Assembly: GCA_030295235.1 (NCBI GenBank)
Contig: AP026130.1
Coordinates: 682,001-746,000 of the forward strand
Source of the DNA: Fistulifera solaris
Taxonomy: Eukaryota
Direction of reading: 5' to 3'
Length of the DNA: 64,000 nucleotides
Shown here: positions 63,076 through 64,000 of the stretch, in pieces
Layout of the letters: each line of letters begins with the position of its first letter
Numbering within the stretch: position 1 is the first letter of the stretch
Notes under the pieces: model-generated
Seen by the model: only the letters and a program-made list of their open reading frames with translations
Database searches by the model: none
Told to the model about the DNA's origin: nothing
Position numbers and translations under genes: made by a program

Positions 63076-63708
63076 TTACTTGCTATCTTCTTGCATGGTT
63101 TTCGCGAGAATGCTTTGCAAATCCGTAGGTTTGATAACACCTCCTTGGAAATTCAAAAGTAGGTCCAGCAATTTTTTCTTCTTGTCAGCAACACCGGAAG
63201 CGATGACCGCTTGTTGGGCGGGCGTGAGCCGAGCCCACGCTTCGGAGTTTTTCGCCAATGCTTTTTCCAGCGTTGAATTGACAATTTCCTCGACATTTTC
63301 TTTCTTCAGATAAAGAATTTCGTCTTCATCGGGGTCTTCCATGGACCCCGCCACACGGTAGGTGAGTTCGTCGCCTGTCTCGGGATTTGCCAATGTATCT
63401 CGTCCCAAGAAAATCACATCTTCTTGTGATCGATCCGGGAATCCGCCTTCGGGGAACGGATCGTAGTCGAGCACCCGTATAGCGACCGAGTCTGTGGTAC
63501 GGCCATCATGCTTCAGCAGAGTCGCCGACCACCAGTGCACCATGACTTCGTCCTTGTCCTCGCTTGAAATTTCCCATTTCACTTGAAACCGATCTCCTGC
63601 CTTGTATTTCATGGTTTCGGCTAAATCTAATACTTCTGTATCACTGCATGCACGTTTCGCGGTGGGTTCATCCACCGTTTTCGGCCGGACGCTTCGCGTC
63701 GACCGCAT
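63076..63708 (-). CDS. Hypothetical protein
   Basis: Clean 210-aa ORF with AGDRFQVKW...HWWSATL, reminiscent of a Tudor/SH3-like fold (weak). Confidence 0.6.
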   Translation of the reverse strand: MRSTRSVRPKTVDEPTAKRACSDTEVLDLAETMKYKAGDRFQVKWEISSEDKDEVMVHWWSATLLKHDGRTTDSVAIRVLDYDPFPEGGFPDRSQEDVIFLGRDTLANPETGDELTYRVAGSMEDPDEDEILYLKKENVEEIVNSTLEKALAKNSEAWARLTPAQQAVIASGVADKKKKLLDLLLNFQGGVIKPTDLQSILAKTMQEDSK

Positions 63709-64000
63709 TTTCTACCGGTGCCAGATTTTCGTCCGTTTGACTGCTCATTTTGTAATGAGTAGATTGATTAACGTAAGTGATGATGAAGAGAAACGATACG
63801 AATGATGCAGTCTCTATTCGAATAGATCACAAAGCAAGGTTTCTTTGCAGAAAAATGTCTTGCGTTGCAAAGAGCAAAGACGCAGAAGCAGAAGGCGGAG
63901 GATGGTTAACTGGCCGGCGCGCAAATGCCGCTCACTGTCGGTCTCCAGGCAAGCTGAGATGACGCCATATAAGTGACTCAAGCCACCCCTTCGTTTTTGT

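Overview
Gene-dense eukaryotic nuclear DNA with short GT-AG introns. The nuclear cbbX, bipartite plastid-targeting presequences (ASAFAP-like) and HA-domain proteins point to a diatom, probably pennate (inference). About 33 protein-coding genes are present: CbbX, three USP deubiquitinases, calpain-7, a WD40 protein, an aldo-keto reductase, an SP-RING ligase, DHAR, MATE, RETICULATA-like, a sterol/fatty-acid hydroxylase, an elongase, a TPT, the selenocysteine elongation factor eEFSec, rhomboid, a TPR-sulfotransferase, two PDI-like paralogs, RRP12, an Mpv17-ACT fusion, a PAPS transporter, NAA30, patatin and an alpha-CA-like protein. Many genes carry single-base frameshifts at homopolymers, most likely assembly errors, so gene boundaries are approximate. 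The most notable feature is a small three-exon gene at 33340-33975 that the ORF track captures only as far as its first exon. Splicing creates a CxxCxx-TGA motif, two strong hairpins follow, and a well-formed SECIS element lies downstream. It is therefore a candidate novel, probably plastid-targeted selenoprotein, possibly with three Sec residues, located 4.3 kb from the eEFSec gene. Two copies of a 52-bp palindromic minisatellite array sit in promoter regions.
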